Shown: positions 36,321-46,370, numbered from the stretch's first letter. The stretch is DNA of 64,000 nt from an uncultured virus (IMG/VR IMGVR_UViG_3300032335_000575) (IMGVR_UViG_3300032335_000575); one strand, 5' to 3'. The notes: generated by a model from the letters alone, not told the origin. Numbers and translations: made by a program.

Positions 36321-36871
36321 AGTTCTACTCCCATCCATACTGGAAAGTTAGGGTCTCCAGCAATAAACATAACCCAAACTTTTTGTCCTACCGCGGGCAC
36401 TAACCTGTGTGGTGTGTGCTCAGGGAATTCTGTAGTTATTTCTAAATCATCATTCCACTTGTTCTCTTCATCCGCATCAGTCTCATGAGCGTGGTCTAAG
36501 TTCCACGTACTGTCAGGACTTTTACCTGTGTGGTTGTTGGTATGAGCGTCGTGAGCAAGGCTTATGGTTACGCTGTGTGTATGTGAACCAAAGGTACCAA
36601 CAGTTGCACCGCTTGTTGTAATAGTTTCTGAGTGAGTAGCGTGAGTAGCATGAGCCTGTAGAAGGGCTGCAACCTCAGAAGCTAGATGCTTCTTATGGTC
36701 AGGGTGATTAGAGTTAGAGGTTACAGGCAGACATGGTCTAGCCCACTCTGTCATTTCTTGACCCATGACCTGAGGAACCTGAAGCTTAATCTTGTTCTCA
36801 CCTTCAGGGTCATCGTTATCAGCACAGAGGCCTTCATAAAGTCCGTAGAACTTTGCGTCGTATTCTTTCAT
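36317..36871 (-). CDS. gp5/VgrG OB-fold baseplate spike with His-rich insertion
   Basis: G.Y.G...DN.DP...I...VP, WA.PC, P.VG..VWV.F..GDP.FPVW.G. Confidence 0.85.
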   Translation of the reverse strand: MKEYDAKFYGLYEGLCADNDDPEGENKIKLQVPQVMGQEMTEWARPCLPVTSNSNHPDHKKHLASEVAALLQAHATHATHSETITTSGATVGTFGSHTHSVTISLAHDAHTNNHTGKSPDSTWNLDHAHETDADEENKWNDDLEITTEFPEHTPHRLVPAVGQKVWVMFIAGDPNFPVWMGVEL

Positions 36872-38208
36872 CGTGTTCTTGCCACCGCCTTAGCAACACG
36901 TGCAGCCGTTGCAGCCGTACGCTTAGGTTCTGTAGAAGCAGTCCGTTTTCCAATCGCTTTATTAGCGGTCTTCCAAACAGCTGCGCTGTTATTGACAGTG
37001 GTTATCTTACTTCTATTTTTAATCTTTCCAAAACTGTCTTTTGTTGTTGGCGTGTATTTAATACCTGTACGAACAAGTTTAGTCTTTGCTTTAATTTTTG
37101 TGTTTCTTTTATTAGGTATGATTACACGGTTTCCACCTACAGGGTTTTGGATATCTTGTCCATCTTCCCAACGGTTGGCTTGACCTAAGCCATCAGTACC
37201 TAAACTAACAATAGTTGTATAAACGTAGCTCTTTAAGTTTTCTTCTTTAATTTTATGCTCTGTACTTAGTACAGTCCAAAATCCAGAGTAGTTAGGTCCC
37301 AGTCCATTTAAATAAACAGGCATACCTGGTCTTAGTAAAGGGTTACCTAAAAGCTCAGCCTCTGCTCTATATGGAAATGCGTTTCTAAGTTCGGCAGCTT
37401 CTGCTTCATACTCAGCTACTTCTGCGTTTGGAGTTACAGCGTCAGTGTTGTATCTATCAAAAAACTCTTCTTGAGTCTTAGCTCGTGTTTTTTTGTTACG
37501 CTTTTGTTTAGTAGCAGCGTAAGCAGATTTACTGTTTTTGTCTACACCACCTACCGCAACAGCAGCTTTCATATCCCCATCAAAACTTAAAGACTCACTA
37601 ATGATTGGTTTAAAGCTATAGATGCTACCAAGACCCATACCAACTTGTATTTGAGTAAAAGTTGGAGCTTCAGCCCTAAGCTCTTTGTAATCTTCTAGCA
37701 AAGGCTTTAGATAAACTTCAGTATTTTCGGTTCTTAAACCCCACCCAATTTGTTTAGCTAACTTAACAAGCATCTGCCAGTCAGTTAATCCAGGGTGAGA
37801 TATCTGTTCAAACACTCTGGGGTGTGGGTTAGTTATAGCTACAAGTCCATGCTTACTAGATATCTCATCTACAACCATATCGGCTGTGTAACCCCTATAG
37901 AGTCCTTGAGACGCTTGTTTCAATGGAAAAGAACCACCAATACAAGTAACAGTAATAAAGTTTTTGCCAGATGTTTGGTCAGTCTCTACATGATGGATAT
38001 AACCATAGAAATCTCGGCTATCAACCATAGATGAAAAAGTAGCTTCTACAGGAGTGCCTGGTCTAACGTTGTCGTAATCGTATCCCCAGTCTTTAAATGT
38101 AAACTTTACTACTTCATGTTCATAAAATTTTTGTTTTAAAGTTGCTGAATAAACGTATGTTGGGTCATCAGAGGCGTTTGGAAATGAAACAGTTATTCGA
38201 TTAGACAT
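36868..38208 (-). CDS. baseplate hub / gpD-like protein
   Basis: TDW..L..LA...G, GNP.LRPG..V...G.G...SG.W.V....H. Confidence 0.85.
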   Translation of the reverse strand: MSNRITVSFPNASDDPTYVYSATLKQKFYEHEVVKFTFKDWGYDYDNVRPGTPVEATFSSMVDSRDFYGYIHHVETDQTSGKNFITVTCIGGSFPLKQASQGLYRGYTADMVVDEISSKHGLVAITNPHPRVFEQISHPGLTDWQMLVKLAKQIGWGLRTENTEVYLKPLLEDYKELRAEAPTFTQIQVGMGLGSIYSFKPIISESLSFDGDMKAAVAVGGVDKNSKSAYAATKQKRNKKTRAKTQEEFFDRYNTDAVTPNAEVAEYEAEAAELRNAFPYRAEAELLGNPLLRPGMPVYLNGLGPNYSGFWTVLSTEHKIKEENLKSYVYTTIVSLGTDGLGQANRWEDGQDIQNPVGGNRVIIPNKRNTKIKAKTKLVRTGIKYTPTTKDSFGKIKNRSKITTVNNSAAVWKTANKAIGKRTASTEPKRTAATAARVAKAVARTR

Positions 38209-38479
38209 TAGGAATCCTTAAGATGGTGCCATTAGGAATGTTCTCAAAGTCATCTACTTCAGGGTTAAACTCAGCAATTAACCACCATAAGCTTGGTCGT
38301 CTATAGTATCTTTCAGCAATAGAATCTAACCTTTCACCAGCTATATATTTGTGAGTATCGTAAGTAACATAACCAAGCTCACTAAAATCGTAAAATACAA
38401 CTGGGTTTTTACTAGCACCCGCCTCTACAGCATAGAAATCAACTAGAGAAAACTCATATCTAGAGCCTGCTTTTATCAT
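38201..38479 (-). CDS. LysM/gpX-like baseplate protein
   Basis: GERLD.IA..YY....LWW.IA..NP....IP.G..LRIP. Confidence 0.88.
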   Translation of the reverse strand: MIKAGSRYEFSLVDFYAVEAGASKNPVVFYDFSELGYVTYDTHKYIAGERLDSIAERYYRRPSLWWLIAEFNPEVDDFENIPNGTILRIPNV

Positions 38480-38488
38480 CAGTATCTC

Positions 38489-39871
38489 CTATACAATCAT
38501 TGAGCCAGCAAAGCAGTCAACTGACATGCTTAGTACTGTTCTTAAAGGGACCATGTTTTCGGCAAAAGATGTGTGGTTGATAGATAAAGAACTTAACCAC
38601 CCAACGTATGACAAGCTGTTCATTGAGCTTGTGCCACTAACGTCTCCACCTAATTCAAAAGCTAAAAGCGTAGGTTGTAGGTACCCTAAGTCCGCTGTTT
38701 TTTTACCTAACAAGTTTTTCCAACCGTCCGCAGAAGCATCTCCAAACTTTCCATCACCATTGATAGCTTTAAATAAATATTCCAAATCAGCCATTGTTCC
38801 AAGCTCAGCAAGTGTTTTAATTTGTTTGCTGTAATCTTCGGTTTTTGCTAATGGATGTTTTCCACCGTTTGTGTAATACTGATTAAAGTCTACATAGGTT
38901 CCATCATTACCAATATTAGCAATTTGATAAAAATTTCTAAGACATGCAAAGTCATTAGTTCTATCTAAAGTAATAGATAAACTAACGCTTTCTTGACCTG
39001 GAAACGCACCAGATACCGAAGTATACACATCGGCAGATGACGGAGTAATCTCCATGTTTCTATTAACACTAACCGATACAGACTCGGGATTCCACAAAAA
39101 TTGGAATCCGTATTTATAAGAGTCGTCGCCAATAATTGTTCTTCCATCAGGTTTGTAAGTTTTATTTCCAATTTCTTTTTGACGTTTATCACCCATGGTA
39201 GAAACTTCACCAGTTGTTCTATCAATAGAGGTTGCATTAGCTGCGTTGTCGTAATACCAAATTCGACCTCGTCGTGAGCCGTGAAACGCGTACCCAAATC
39301 CACCTACATCACCTGGAATAACCTCTTGAGCTCTTATTGGAAGGCTCCAATTGTGTGGAGGTAAATTAAAACTATAATTGTAAGGACTAGGAATTGGAGG
39401 AGTCTTTGGGGCTTTTTTACCGCCACCACCTTTGTTTCGAGCCTTGCTTGTTCCAGACCCACCAGTGCCTCCAGGACCAGAGCCCGTTTTGTTTTTATTA
39501 GCTAGCATCTTACTTAGAGCTAGTGCACCGATAGCTGCAACACCAGTACCAACTGGTCCAGCGCTACCGCGGGCAGCAGTAGCTATTCCAGCTCTTGTAA
39601 AACCATAAATCTTTGAAGCCAAACTTGGCGCAGCAACTGTCGCAGCTCCTTTAAGCGTAGTACCTGCCGTACTCTTAGTTGTTTTAACAACAGAGGTTTT
39701 TACTCCTGGATTTTTGCTCAACTTTAAAACAGTAGTTTTATTACTTTTTATCCCTGTCTTAGTAACGTTGACTGCAACTTTAGCGACGCTTACCGCACGG
39801 GAACGAACAAGAAGCGCAGCACCAACACGGATTGCACCTAGTGCTAGTGGTACGGCTAATGGCAATGGCAT
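38489..39871 (-). CDS. tail tube initiator-like baseplate protein with cationic N-terminal extension
   Basis: FQFLWNP..V.V motif; lies between tape measure and LysM genes. Confidence 0.6.
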   Translation of the reverse strand: MPLPLAVPLALGAIRVGAALLVRSRAVSVAKVAVNVTKTGIKSNKTTVLKLSKNPGVKTSVVKTTKSTAGTTLKGAATVAAPSLASKIYGFTRAGIATAARGSAGPVGTGVAAIGALALSKMLANKNKTGSGPGGTGGSGTSKARNKGGGGKKAPKTPPIPSPYNYSFNLPPHNWSLPIRAQEVIPGDVGGFGYAFHGSRRGRIWYYDNAANATSIDRTTGEVSTMGDKRQKEIGNKTYKPDGRTIIGDDSYKYGFQFLWNPESVSVSVNRNMEITPSSADVYTSVSGAFPGQESVSLSITLDRTNDFACLRNFYQIANIGNDGTYVDFNQYYTNGGKHPLAKTEDYSKQIKTLAELGTMADLEYLFKAINGDGKFGDASADGWKNLLGKKTADLGYLQPTLLAFELGGDVSGTSSMNSLSYVGWLSSLSINHTSFAENMVPLRTVLSMSVDCFAGSMIV

Positions 39872-42129
39872 TATTGTCCTCCTAGTTGCTTGCTAAAGTT
39901 TTGGCTAGATAAAAGCTGTTTAAGGGCTTCTGCTGTTGCCTGTGGGTTACTGCCACCTTCAATTTTAATAGTTACTCCACCCATGTTGTATGTACTACCA
40001 GAAGGTGTTGGTTGAGCAAATGCTTCTGGCTTTTCTTTTTTATCAAACCCCGCCCATCGGTCCGATTTTGATAAAAATTCTTTCCAAGATACGCCACTAG
40101 CACCGTCACTACTATTACCAGGGAGCATTCCAGACCACCCTGAATTTGTTGTTGCTGTTGTTTTTCCGTCAAAGTTATATGGACTTCCACCAACTTTACC
40201 TGTAACCCAAGCAGAGCTATTGATAGCAGCAAGAATATCTTCTTTACTCTTGCCTTGTTTTAGCGCCTCAATAATATCTGTGTACCCGCGCTTGTCTGCG
40301 CTCTTACCAGTAAGAGTATCAATAGTTGCGTTAAGTCCATCTTCCCAACTCTTATAAACCTTTACACCTACGTGGTTCATAGACTCTGAACCGTACTTTC
40401 CACCTAAGGTTGTATTAAGTGGGTTGTACTTAGCGGAGTTTTTAAAGTGTCCGCCTTCATGGTTCTGCCATACTTTTAAAGCATCAATAGAGTCTTGAGT
40501 TTGAGGGGCGCCAATCTTTTTTAAGAAAGCTTTAGCAAAGTCTTCGTTTGAAGATTTCTCATCTAATCTTGTATTTTTACCAAATACCCATCCGCCATCA
40601 CCACGGAATGGATAGTTCTTTAAATCGTGGTTAGGAACAATGTATCCATCTTCTTTAGGTACAAATAGTTCTGGTCCGCGCTCACCCACAATGTAAGGGC
40701 TCTTTTTATCTACGTCTCCACCCTCAGCTTTAAACAGTCCCGCAATTCCCCTTGATAAAGGGTTACCAACTAAGAAACCAGTAAGAGCACTTATGGCGTT
40801 ATTACCGCCGCTACCTAGTGTTTCAAAGAAACCTTTAGTTGCACCTAGAGCAGATATAAGACCAGTAAACTTATCCATCTCGGTAAAGAAGCCACTTACA
40901 TAAGACATAAGCTGGTCTGCTCTACCCTTAGCGTCAGCAATAGCTGGAGCTGTTGTAGAGATAAATTCTGATGCTTGAGCAGTTCTTTGCCCCTGCATGT
41001 TTGCAGCAAAAGTAGAAAGACCTGCGTCTTGGGATAGCTTCTTCATTCTGTCGCCACTCATACCAGCAAACTGTGCGCCACCTGTAGAGGCCTTAAGTAG
41101 AAGACCGTCTTCAACCATTTTTCTTAGGTATGGGTCGTTGCCAAAAAGATTATCAAGCATGGTAGCAATTGCGTTACCAGGTAATAAAGAAATTTTAATA
41201 TCTTGAAGAGTAGAGCCAGAACCACCAGTGCGTCTCTTTTGACTCTCAAGTTTATTCCACAAGTCATCAATGATAGCTCTTGGGTCACGAGGCATTCCGT
41301 TTTCATCACGAACCCTAATACCAACCGCTCTTAACATGTTTACGCTTCTACCACGGTTGAGTGCGCCCACTGCTTGAGCAGCGCCTTCTCCACCCATACC
41401 AGGAGTCATGTTAGATAAAACTGCAGAGCCCATAGCAACCTGCTGCATGTTTTGCTGGGAACCGCCATAGATACCACCTTGTGCAAAGGTAGCCATCATT
41501 CGCATATTATCTAGCGGGTCTTTCATCAGACCAGCTTTTGCTATCTTGTTTAAGAAATCTCGTGTCTGGTCATAAGCGCCATTTTTTCCGCTCATGTCAG
41601 ATAGTCCACCAAGAACACCTGGCATACCTGCTTGAACGCGGCCTCCGCCACCTAAAGATATAGCAGCGCGTGATGTATATAGCTGTGCTTTAAATGCATC
41701 GTCTGTGCCTGGCATTGCCATGGCAGCAGCAGTAACACCAGCTGCAGCTATTTGAGCAGGTGATGGTTGTCTAAAGACATTTGTATTTCCGCCACCTTGA
41801 GGTGCGCCTGCAGCAGCAGGACCTGTACCACCTGGACCAGCAGGACCAGCGGGACCGCCTGGGCCGCCCGCTTGTGGAGTAGAAAAAGTGGGACCAGCCA
41901 TAACAGTATTGGCGCCACCTGAGCCACCAATACCGCTAAAGGCATTTTTAAATTTTGCACCCATGCGGGTGATTTTTTGTTCGGCTGCATTAAGTGAGCT
42001 GTTAATTCTGTACTCAATGGTGCTAGCCATTTGTAAAAGGGTAGAGTGAGCCCCACGGCTTGATTGTTCAAACCGTTGCATGTTGTTCGCAGCATTTCCA
42101 CTACTGGAGTTGCTAGGCATATTTAACAT
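39871..42129 (-). CDS. tape measure protein with C-terminal lysozyme-like domain
   Basis: Follows the chaperone; GG.V.....Y.VGE.GPELFVP; W...EGG...YNPLNTT. Confidence 0.8.
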   Translation of the reverse strand: MLNMPSNSSSGNAANNMQRFEQSSRGAHSTLLQMASTIEYRINSSLNAAEQKITRMGAKFKNAFSGIGGSGGANTVMAGPTFSTPQAGGPGGPAGPAGPGGTGPAAAGAPQGGGNTNVFRQPSPAQIAAAGVTAAAMAMPGTDDAFKAQLYTSRAAISLGGGGRVQAGMPGVLGGLSDMSGKNGAYDQTRDFLNKIAKAGLMKDPLDNMRMMATFAQGGIYGGSQQNMQQVAMGSAVLSNMTPGMGGEGAAQAVGALNRGRSVNMLRAVGIRVRDENGMPRDPRAIIDDLWNKLESQKRRTGGSGSTLQDIKISLLPGNAIATMLDNLFGNDPYLRKMVEDGLLLKASTGGAQFAGMSGDRMKKLSQDAGLSTFAANMQGQRTAQASEFISTTAPAIADAKGRADQLMSYVSGFFTEMDKFTGLISALGATKGFFETLGSGGNNAISALTGFLVGNPLSRGIAGLFKAEGGDVDKKSPYIVGERGPELFVPKEDGYIVPNHDLKNYPFRGDGGWVFGKNTRLDEKSSNEDFAKAFLKKIGAPQTQDSIDALKVWQNHEGGHFKNSAKYNPLNTTLGGKYGSESMNHVGVKVYKSWEDGLNATIDTLTGKSADKRGYTDIIEALKQGKSKEDILAAINSSAWVTGKVGGSPYNFDGKTTATTNSGWSGMLPGNSSDGASGVSWKEFLSKSDRWAGFDKKEKPEAFAQPTPSGSTYNMGGVTIKIEGGSNPQATAEALKQLLSSQNFSKQLGGQ

Positions 42130-42278
42130 TATCTAGTCCTTCTAGAACGCTCTAACCAATTAAGACGCTCTCTGGGTGAGAGGCTTCTTATATCTGATAG
42201 TGACCAACCAGCGAAAGTTCTTGTAAGAATCTCGTACTGGTCTAACAGGCTTTCGTAATCTGTTTCGCTAAATGCGAA
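42129..42278 (-). CDS. frameshift extension of the tail assembly chaperone (gpGT-like)
   Basis: 49-codon open +1 frame with no ATG/GTG/TTG (GWSL.DIR.L..RER..W), TAATG-coupled to the tape measure gene. Confidence 0.7.
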   Translation of the reverse strand, partial: FAFSETDYESLLDQYEILTRTFAGWSLSDIRSLSPRERLNWLERSRRTR

Positions 42279-43062
42279 ACAAGTCGAGCAAGGACAGCGG
42301 AAGAGCCATTAACTCACCACATGCCTTACAAGCCCTGGTCACCTCCCCAAGGCGTGGACCTGGGTTACGCTTGATGATTTCATCAACAAGCTTGGTTCTA
42401 TCTGCCATACCCAAAGATAAAGCAGTCATAGCACCTTCAGATGGTTCTCCGTTTAGTGACACTAAGCATCCAGCTAGTAAAATTGTATTTACTTCTGCAG
42501 GTGTTCGTTCAAAGTTCTCCATGAGTTTTCTTTGAGTAACACCGTTTGGTAGAGCCACTATGGCTGTACCTGTTTTTGTTTCAACTTCAAAAGTTCTATC
42601 TTCTTTAGCATCTTTTAATTCCACTACTGGAACGTCTGATGATAAAAGGATAGAGACATCTTGCGTATCACCACAGTCACGACAACGTGCGGTAATATTA
42701 ATGTCATCCCCGAAAGTCACCTTTCTAATTGCTAGAAGGATGGTGTCTCGGTCGCCAGCTAGGATAGAGTCTAGGTCTGCTTTCTCAGCGTTCCTAGAGC
42801 CAATCTTTACAAGGCCTCGTTGCAAAAGGACATTGAGAGCTTTGCCTGAGGTACCCGCTTTTGCTACAGCTTCCTCGTCAGCCCCATTAAGTTCTCGTAC
42901 TTCAACTGTGTTGATTACTTCACCATTTGGCTCAATGAATCCACCTGGCAACTTAACAGAAGACTCTGAAGGGGCCCGCGTCTTAATGACTTGTGCGGGC
43001 TCCTCCATCGCCTTTGCTGCAAATTTCTGTATTAGTTCTGCGTCTGTGATAATTTCAGTCAC
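42268..43062 (-). CDS. tail assembly chaperone / T4 gp26-like protein
   Basis: Between tube and tape measure; VREL.G.DEE, GDRD..L..IR..TFG, two CxxC. Confidence 0.8.
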   Translation of the reverse strand: MTEIITDAELIQKFAAKAMEEPAQVIKTRAPSESSVKLPGGFIEPNGEVINTVEVRELNGADEEAVAKAGTSGKALNVLLQRGLVKIGSRNAEKADLDSILAGDRDTILLAIRKVTFGDDINITARCRDCGDTQDVSILLSSDVPVVELKDAKEDRTFEVETKTGTAIVALPNGVTQRKLMENFERTPAEVNTILLAGCLVSLNGEPSEGAMTALSLGMADRTKLVDEIIKRNPGPRLGEVTRACKACGELMALPLSLLDLFRI

Positions 43063-43087
43063 GATTTATGCTCCTAAGGTTTGTTAA

Positions 43088-43696
43088 TTAAGAAATTTTT
43101 CCTGCTGCGTCTTCTTCTTTGCCGTCCTTAGTAAAGAAGACTGACAAGCCTTCATGTACTAATGTCATTGACTCAAACAAGATTGCGCCATCTGCTGCGT
43201 TAAGGTCTGTATAGTTTAGCGCAGTAATCCATGCATTGTGAATCTTGAAACCCATCTTGTACTTCTGAACCTCTGTTGGTCCAGAGTTTGGATGGTCAGC
43301 TACAAACACCTTGATGTTAACGCGGAAGCTTTCAGCAGCTCCTGTTGTGCCGCCGTTTACAGCAATACCTTCTCCAGATGCTGCTGCAAATAGACCACGC
43401 ATCCATGTGATTGCCTGGTCATTACCAGCCAATACTCCACGTTGCATAGTGATTGGTGTAAAGGTAGTCATACCAGGTACTTGGTGTACTGTGGTGTTGT
43501 AGCCACCTTCACGATATTGAATGGCCTGAGTGTTAATGCTCAACCCACTGATACTGCTAAATCCGCCAGACCAGGTAATAATTTTATTGTCAAAAACCTT
43601 ACCGTCTTTTGCTACCTCAAACTTAGCGAAGAACCGAAACGAGCGTAACGGGTCTGTTGCTAGTGTTGAGTGGCGATTGATTATGCTACTTGTCAT
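43088..43696 (-). CDS. tail tube protein (T4 gp19-like)
   Basis: DP...F.F, GF..ISGL, YREGG.N....PG...F..IT..RG, NAW, E...L.HEG. Confidence 0.95.
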   Translation of the reverse strand: MTSSIINRHSTLATDPLRSFRFFAKFEVAKDGKVFDNKIITWSGGFSSISGLSINTQAIQYREGGYNTTVHQVPGMTTFTPITMQRGVLAGNDQAITWMRGLFAAASGEGIAVNGGTTGAAESFRVNIKVFVADHPNSGPTEVQKYKMGFKIHNAWITALNYTDLNAADGAILFESMTLVHEGLSVFFTKDGKEEDAAGKIS

Positions 43697-43711
43697 TGGT
43701 GGTTATCTCCT

Positions 43712-45229
43712 TTACGCCACAGTAACGGTGGTGCCACCGTCAAACTGTCCAATTTTAATAATGATAAATTCAGCTGGACGCTGTAGAGCAACGCCAACTT
43801 CAATGTTTACGTACCCATTGTCAATAGAGCTTTGTGGGTTGTTTTGTGCATCAACCTTTACAAAGAACGCTGCCTGTGGGGTAGCGCCTCGTAGTCCGCC
43901 CTTGCTCCAGAAATCAGTAAGGAAGGTACTAATTGAAGAGTTAATGCGATTCCACAATGCTTCATCGTTTGGCTCAAAGATTGCAAACTGTGTAAGGTCT
44001 GTAAGAGACTTACGTAGATAGATAAGTGTGCGACGTACAGGTACGTACTTGTCTACATATCCACCCTTTAGAGTGCGTGAACCCATGATTACAATGCCTG
44101 AACCAGGTACAAATTTAATTGCGTTTACTGGAGCAGCTGCAGAGTTAAGAGAATCAAGTTCTCCATTTGTTAGTGTTACCACTGATACAACTCCTGATAG
44201 ACGAGCAAGAAGACCAGCTGGGGCCTTAAATACTCCACGAGATGCGTCAGTTGTTGAGATAACTCCCATAACTGAAGCGCCAGAACCTACTGCACGTGTA
44301 CGGCCTGTGCCAGAACCAGGAGCAAGTGTTGGGTCAGAGATAAGAAGGTTTGGGTAATAAACAGCAGCAAGAGAGCTGGCTGTGTACTGAGCAGCAACGC
44401 TAAGCTGTGTCGCTACTTCATCATAAACACCGTCAACAACTACAAACACATCTTGACGGTTATTAGCGTAACCAATTGCTGCGTTTACAACAGGTACAGT
44501 TGAGTTGCCAGGAATGTTTAGAATTAATGACTGCTTGATTGTGTCAAAGTTAAGAAGTGCATTTGAATAGTCTGTATTACCTAAGGTATTACCGTTACTA
44601 CCAGTAGCAAGAGTTTGGTTTGTAACAACAGCTGGGTTACGAGTAGAACCAGTATTACCTGAGTTAAGGTCTGCTAGAACTATGTAAGTAGAGGCTGCAT
44701 TAACAACTGTTGGTGCGTAACGAGCATTTGTTGCTGTCATTGAAAGGTCAACGTGACGCTCAACTAAGTTTGCATCTGTATTGCCACCGTAGTAAACAAA
44801 CACATCAAATAAACCTGTTGTTGTTGAGTTACCAATGCTGATGTTAATGCTGTTTCCCCAAGCTCCAGCATTCTTTGCTTGAATTTGAAGTGTTGCTGAT
44901 GGGCTAACTGCACGGTCTGAAAGAGAACGTGTTGCAGGTGTTGCGCCGTTAGCAACGCGGTTAACGTAGCATTGGCTTCCACCATTTGTAAAGAACATGT
45001 ATACAGCAAGTGGTAAATCATTACCAGCTGCTCCTGCTCCAGTACTTGTGTTCCAAGTACCGTAGAGTGTTGAGTACTGGCTCCATGATGTAATTAATTG
45101 AGGTGACCCAATCGGACCGCGGTCGTTTGCACCAATAAAAGCGCCGACAGAATCTGAGTTTGGACCAACCACAGGTGCGACAGGGTTTAACGTTTCTTCA
45201 ACGTAGACTCCTGGACGTAGAACTGCCAT
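43712..45229 (-). CDS. contractile tail sheath protein
   Basis: PGVYVEE, GAWGN, RGVFKAPA, Y.PVRR, FEPND..LW, PAEFI. Confidence 0.97.
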   Translation of the reverse strand: MAVLRPGVYVEETLNPVAPVVGPNSDSVGAFIGANDRGPIGSPQLITSWSQYSTLYGTWNTSTGAGAAGNDLPLAVYMFFTNGGSQCYVNRVANGATPATRSLSDRAVSPSATLQIQAKNAGAWGNSINISIGNSTTTGLFDVFVYYGGNTDANLVERHVDLSMTATNARYAPTVVNAASTYIVLADLNSGNTGSTRNPAVVTNQTLATGSNGNTLGNTDYSNALLNFDTIKQSLILNIPGNSTVPVVNAAIGYANNRQDVFVVVDGVYDEVATQLSVAAQYTASSLAAVYYPNLLISDPTLAPGSGTGRTRAVGSGASVMGVISTTDASRGVFKAPAGLLARLSGVVSVVTLTNGELDSLNSAAAPVNAIKFVPGSGIVIMGSRTLKGGYVDKYVPVRRTLIYLRKSLTDLTQFAIFEPNDEALWNRINSSISTFLTDFWSKGGLRGATPQAAFFVKVDAQNNPQSSIDNGYVNIEVGVALQRPAEFIIIKIGQFDGGTTVTVA

Positions 45230-45267
45230 TAGATTTTCTCCTTTGTTTTAAACAAGTTTGACATTTT

Positions 45268-45909
45268 TTATACTTTTGTTAATCCAGTAGGGATGTTCGA
45301 TGTTTGGTCCGTTAACTCAGGAAGATTAACAAGTACCTCTTCAACTCGTGAAGCCCTGCGGCCTGCATCAAGTGGAGTAAGTTCACTGATTACTCTTACT
45401 GTGTATATATTGCGTAACAACCTGCGGTTTCCAGTTTCTCCGTCTACCGCATCTCGTTTTGCAAACCCATCAAGAAACATATGACGGCGTGAGGTCTCTG
45501 TGCCTAGTTCGTTTGGAACTAGTAGACCGCCATACTTTGATGGAAACTTGTGCGTCAATTGAAGCATCATTGCCCTGTCGTGACGCGGGTGACGGGCATA
45601 GGTTGTAATTTGATATATTAAATCAAAAGCTACTGGTACTTCATAGCGGTAAGTCTTGCCAGCTATTGGGGCAACCGTTCCGCGATAGTCATTGTCTACT
45701 AGTTGACCTGATGTCTGACGGTCATTAGCTGGAATCATGTCTATCAAATCAATAGTCACAAAAGGAAACTCCTGTGCTCGAACTTCAACATCAGGGTATC
45801 CAAACCACACCTTAACTGGGCGTGAGGCTGTCTTCTCATCTCCCACAGTCATACCTTGAAGAAGAGTCTTAAGAGCGGTGTCCTCAGCAATTAGAAACGG
45901 ATTTCCCAT
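45268..45909 (-). CDS. tail completion/terminator protein
   Basis: Upstream of the sheath; FP.VT, P...DL.YQI. Confidence 0.65.
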   Translation of the reverse strand: MGNPFLIAEDTALKTLLQGMTVGDEKTASRPVKVWFGYPDVEVRAQEFPFVTIDLIDMIPANDRQTSGQLVDNDYRGTVAPIAGKTYRYEVPVAFDLIYQITTYARHPRHDRAMMLQLTHKFPSKYGGLLVPNELGTETSRRHMFLDGFAKRDAVDGETGNRRLLRNIYTVRVISELTPLDAGRRASRVEEVLVNLPELTDQTSNIPTGLTKV

Positions 45910-45910
45910 T

Positions 45911-46234
45911 TTATAGGTTCACCTCTTCCAACATATCCTCAGGGTGGGTCTCGTAAATCTTTGTTGCAAAATCTTCCATCTGATACTGAAAAGAGCGAAT
46001 AGCTGAAGCTGGGGCTTGCGCACCAGAGCCATACTCTAAGTCTTCAATTTTTTGTTTAAACTCTGCTGGGTAGTCAACAGCAAACACACCTTGCTTTACC
46101 ACAACAGAAAGGGCCTGAGAAACATCATCTGGCCAGCCGCGATTAGCTGCTTCTTTCCTTAGGCTAGCCGTAAGGGCAGGTGCAGCGGACTCTAAATTAG
46201 AATCAAGATTTCTTTTTAGATTTTTTATTGACAC
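45911..46234 (-). CDS. neck/tail-associated hypothetical protein
   Basis: LEYG motif; position in the structural block. Confidence 0.55.
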   Translation of the reverse strand: MSIKNLKRNLDSNLESAAPALTASLRKEAANRGWPDDVSQALSVVVKQGVFAVDYPAEFKQKIEDLEYGSGAQAPASAIRSFQYQMEDFATKIYETHPEDMLEEVNL

Positions 46235-46370
46235 CAGTAATTACCCCACGAGCTGCCGCTCCTAGTAGCAATGCTTTCCACACTCCTGCGCCCGTGCCTT
46301 TATTACTCTCGGCCAAAGCTTCAATGAACTCAACGTCCGAAGCCTTGTCAACGTGATTATCTTTAGGCAT
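46203..46370 (-). CDS. small hypothetical protein
   Basis: GGAG RBS before MPKDNH. Confidence 0.6.
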   Translation of the reverse strand: MPKDNHVDKASDVEFIEALAESNKGTGAGVWKALLLGAAARGVITGVNKKSKKKS

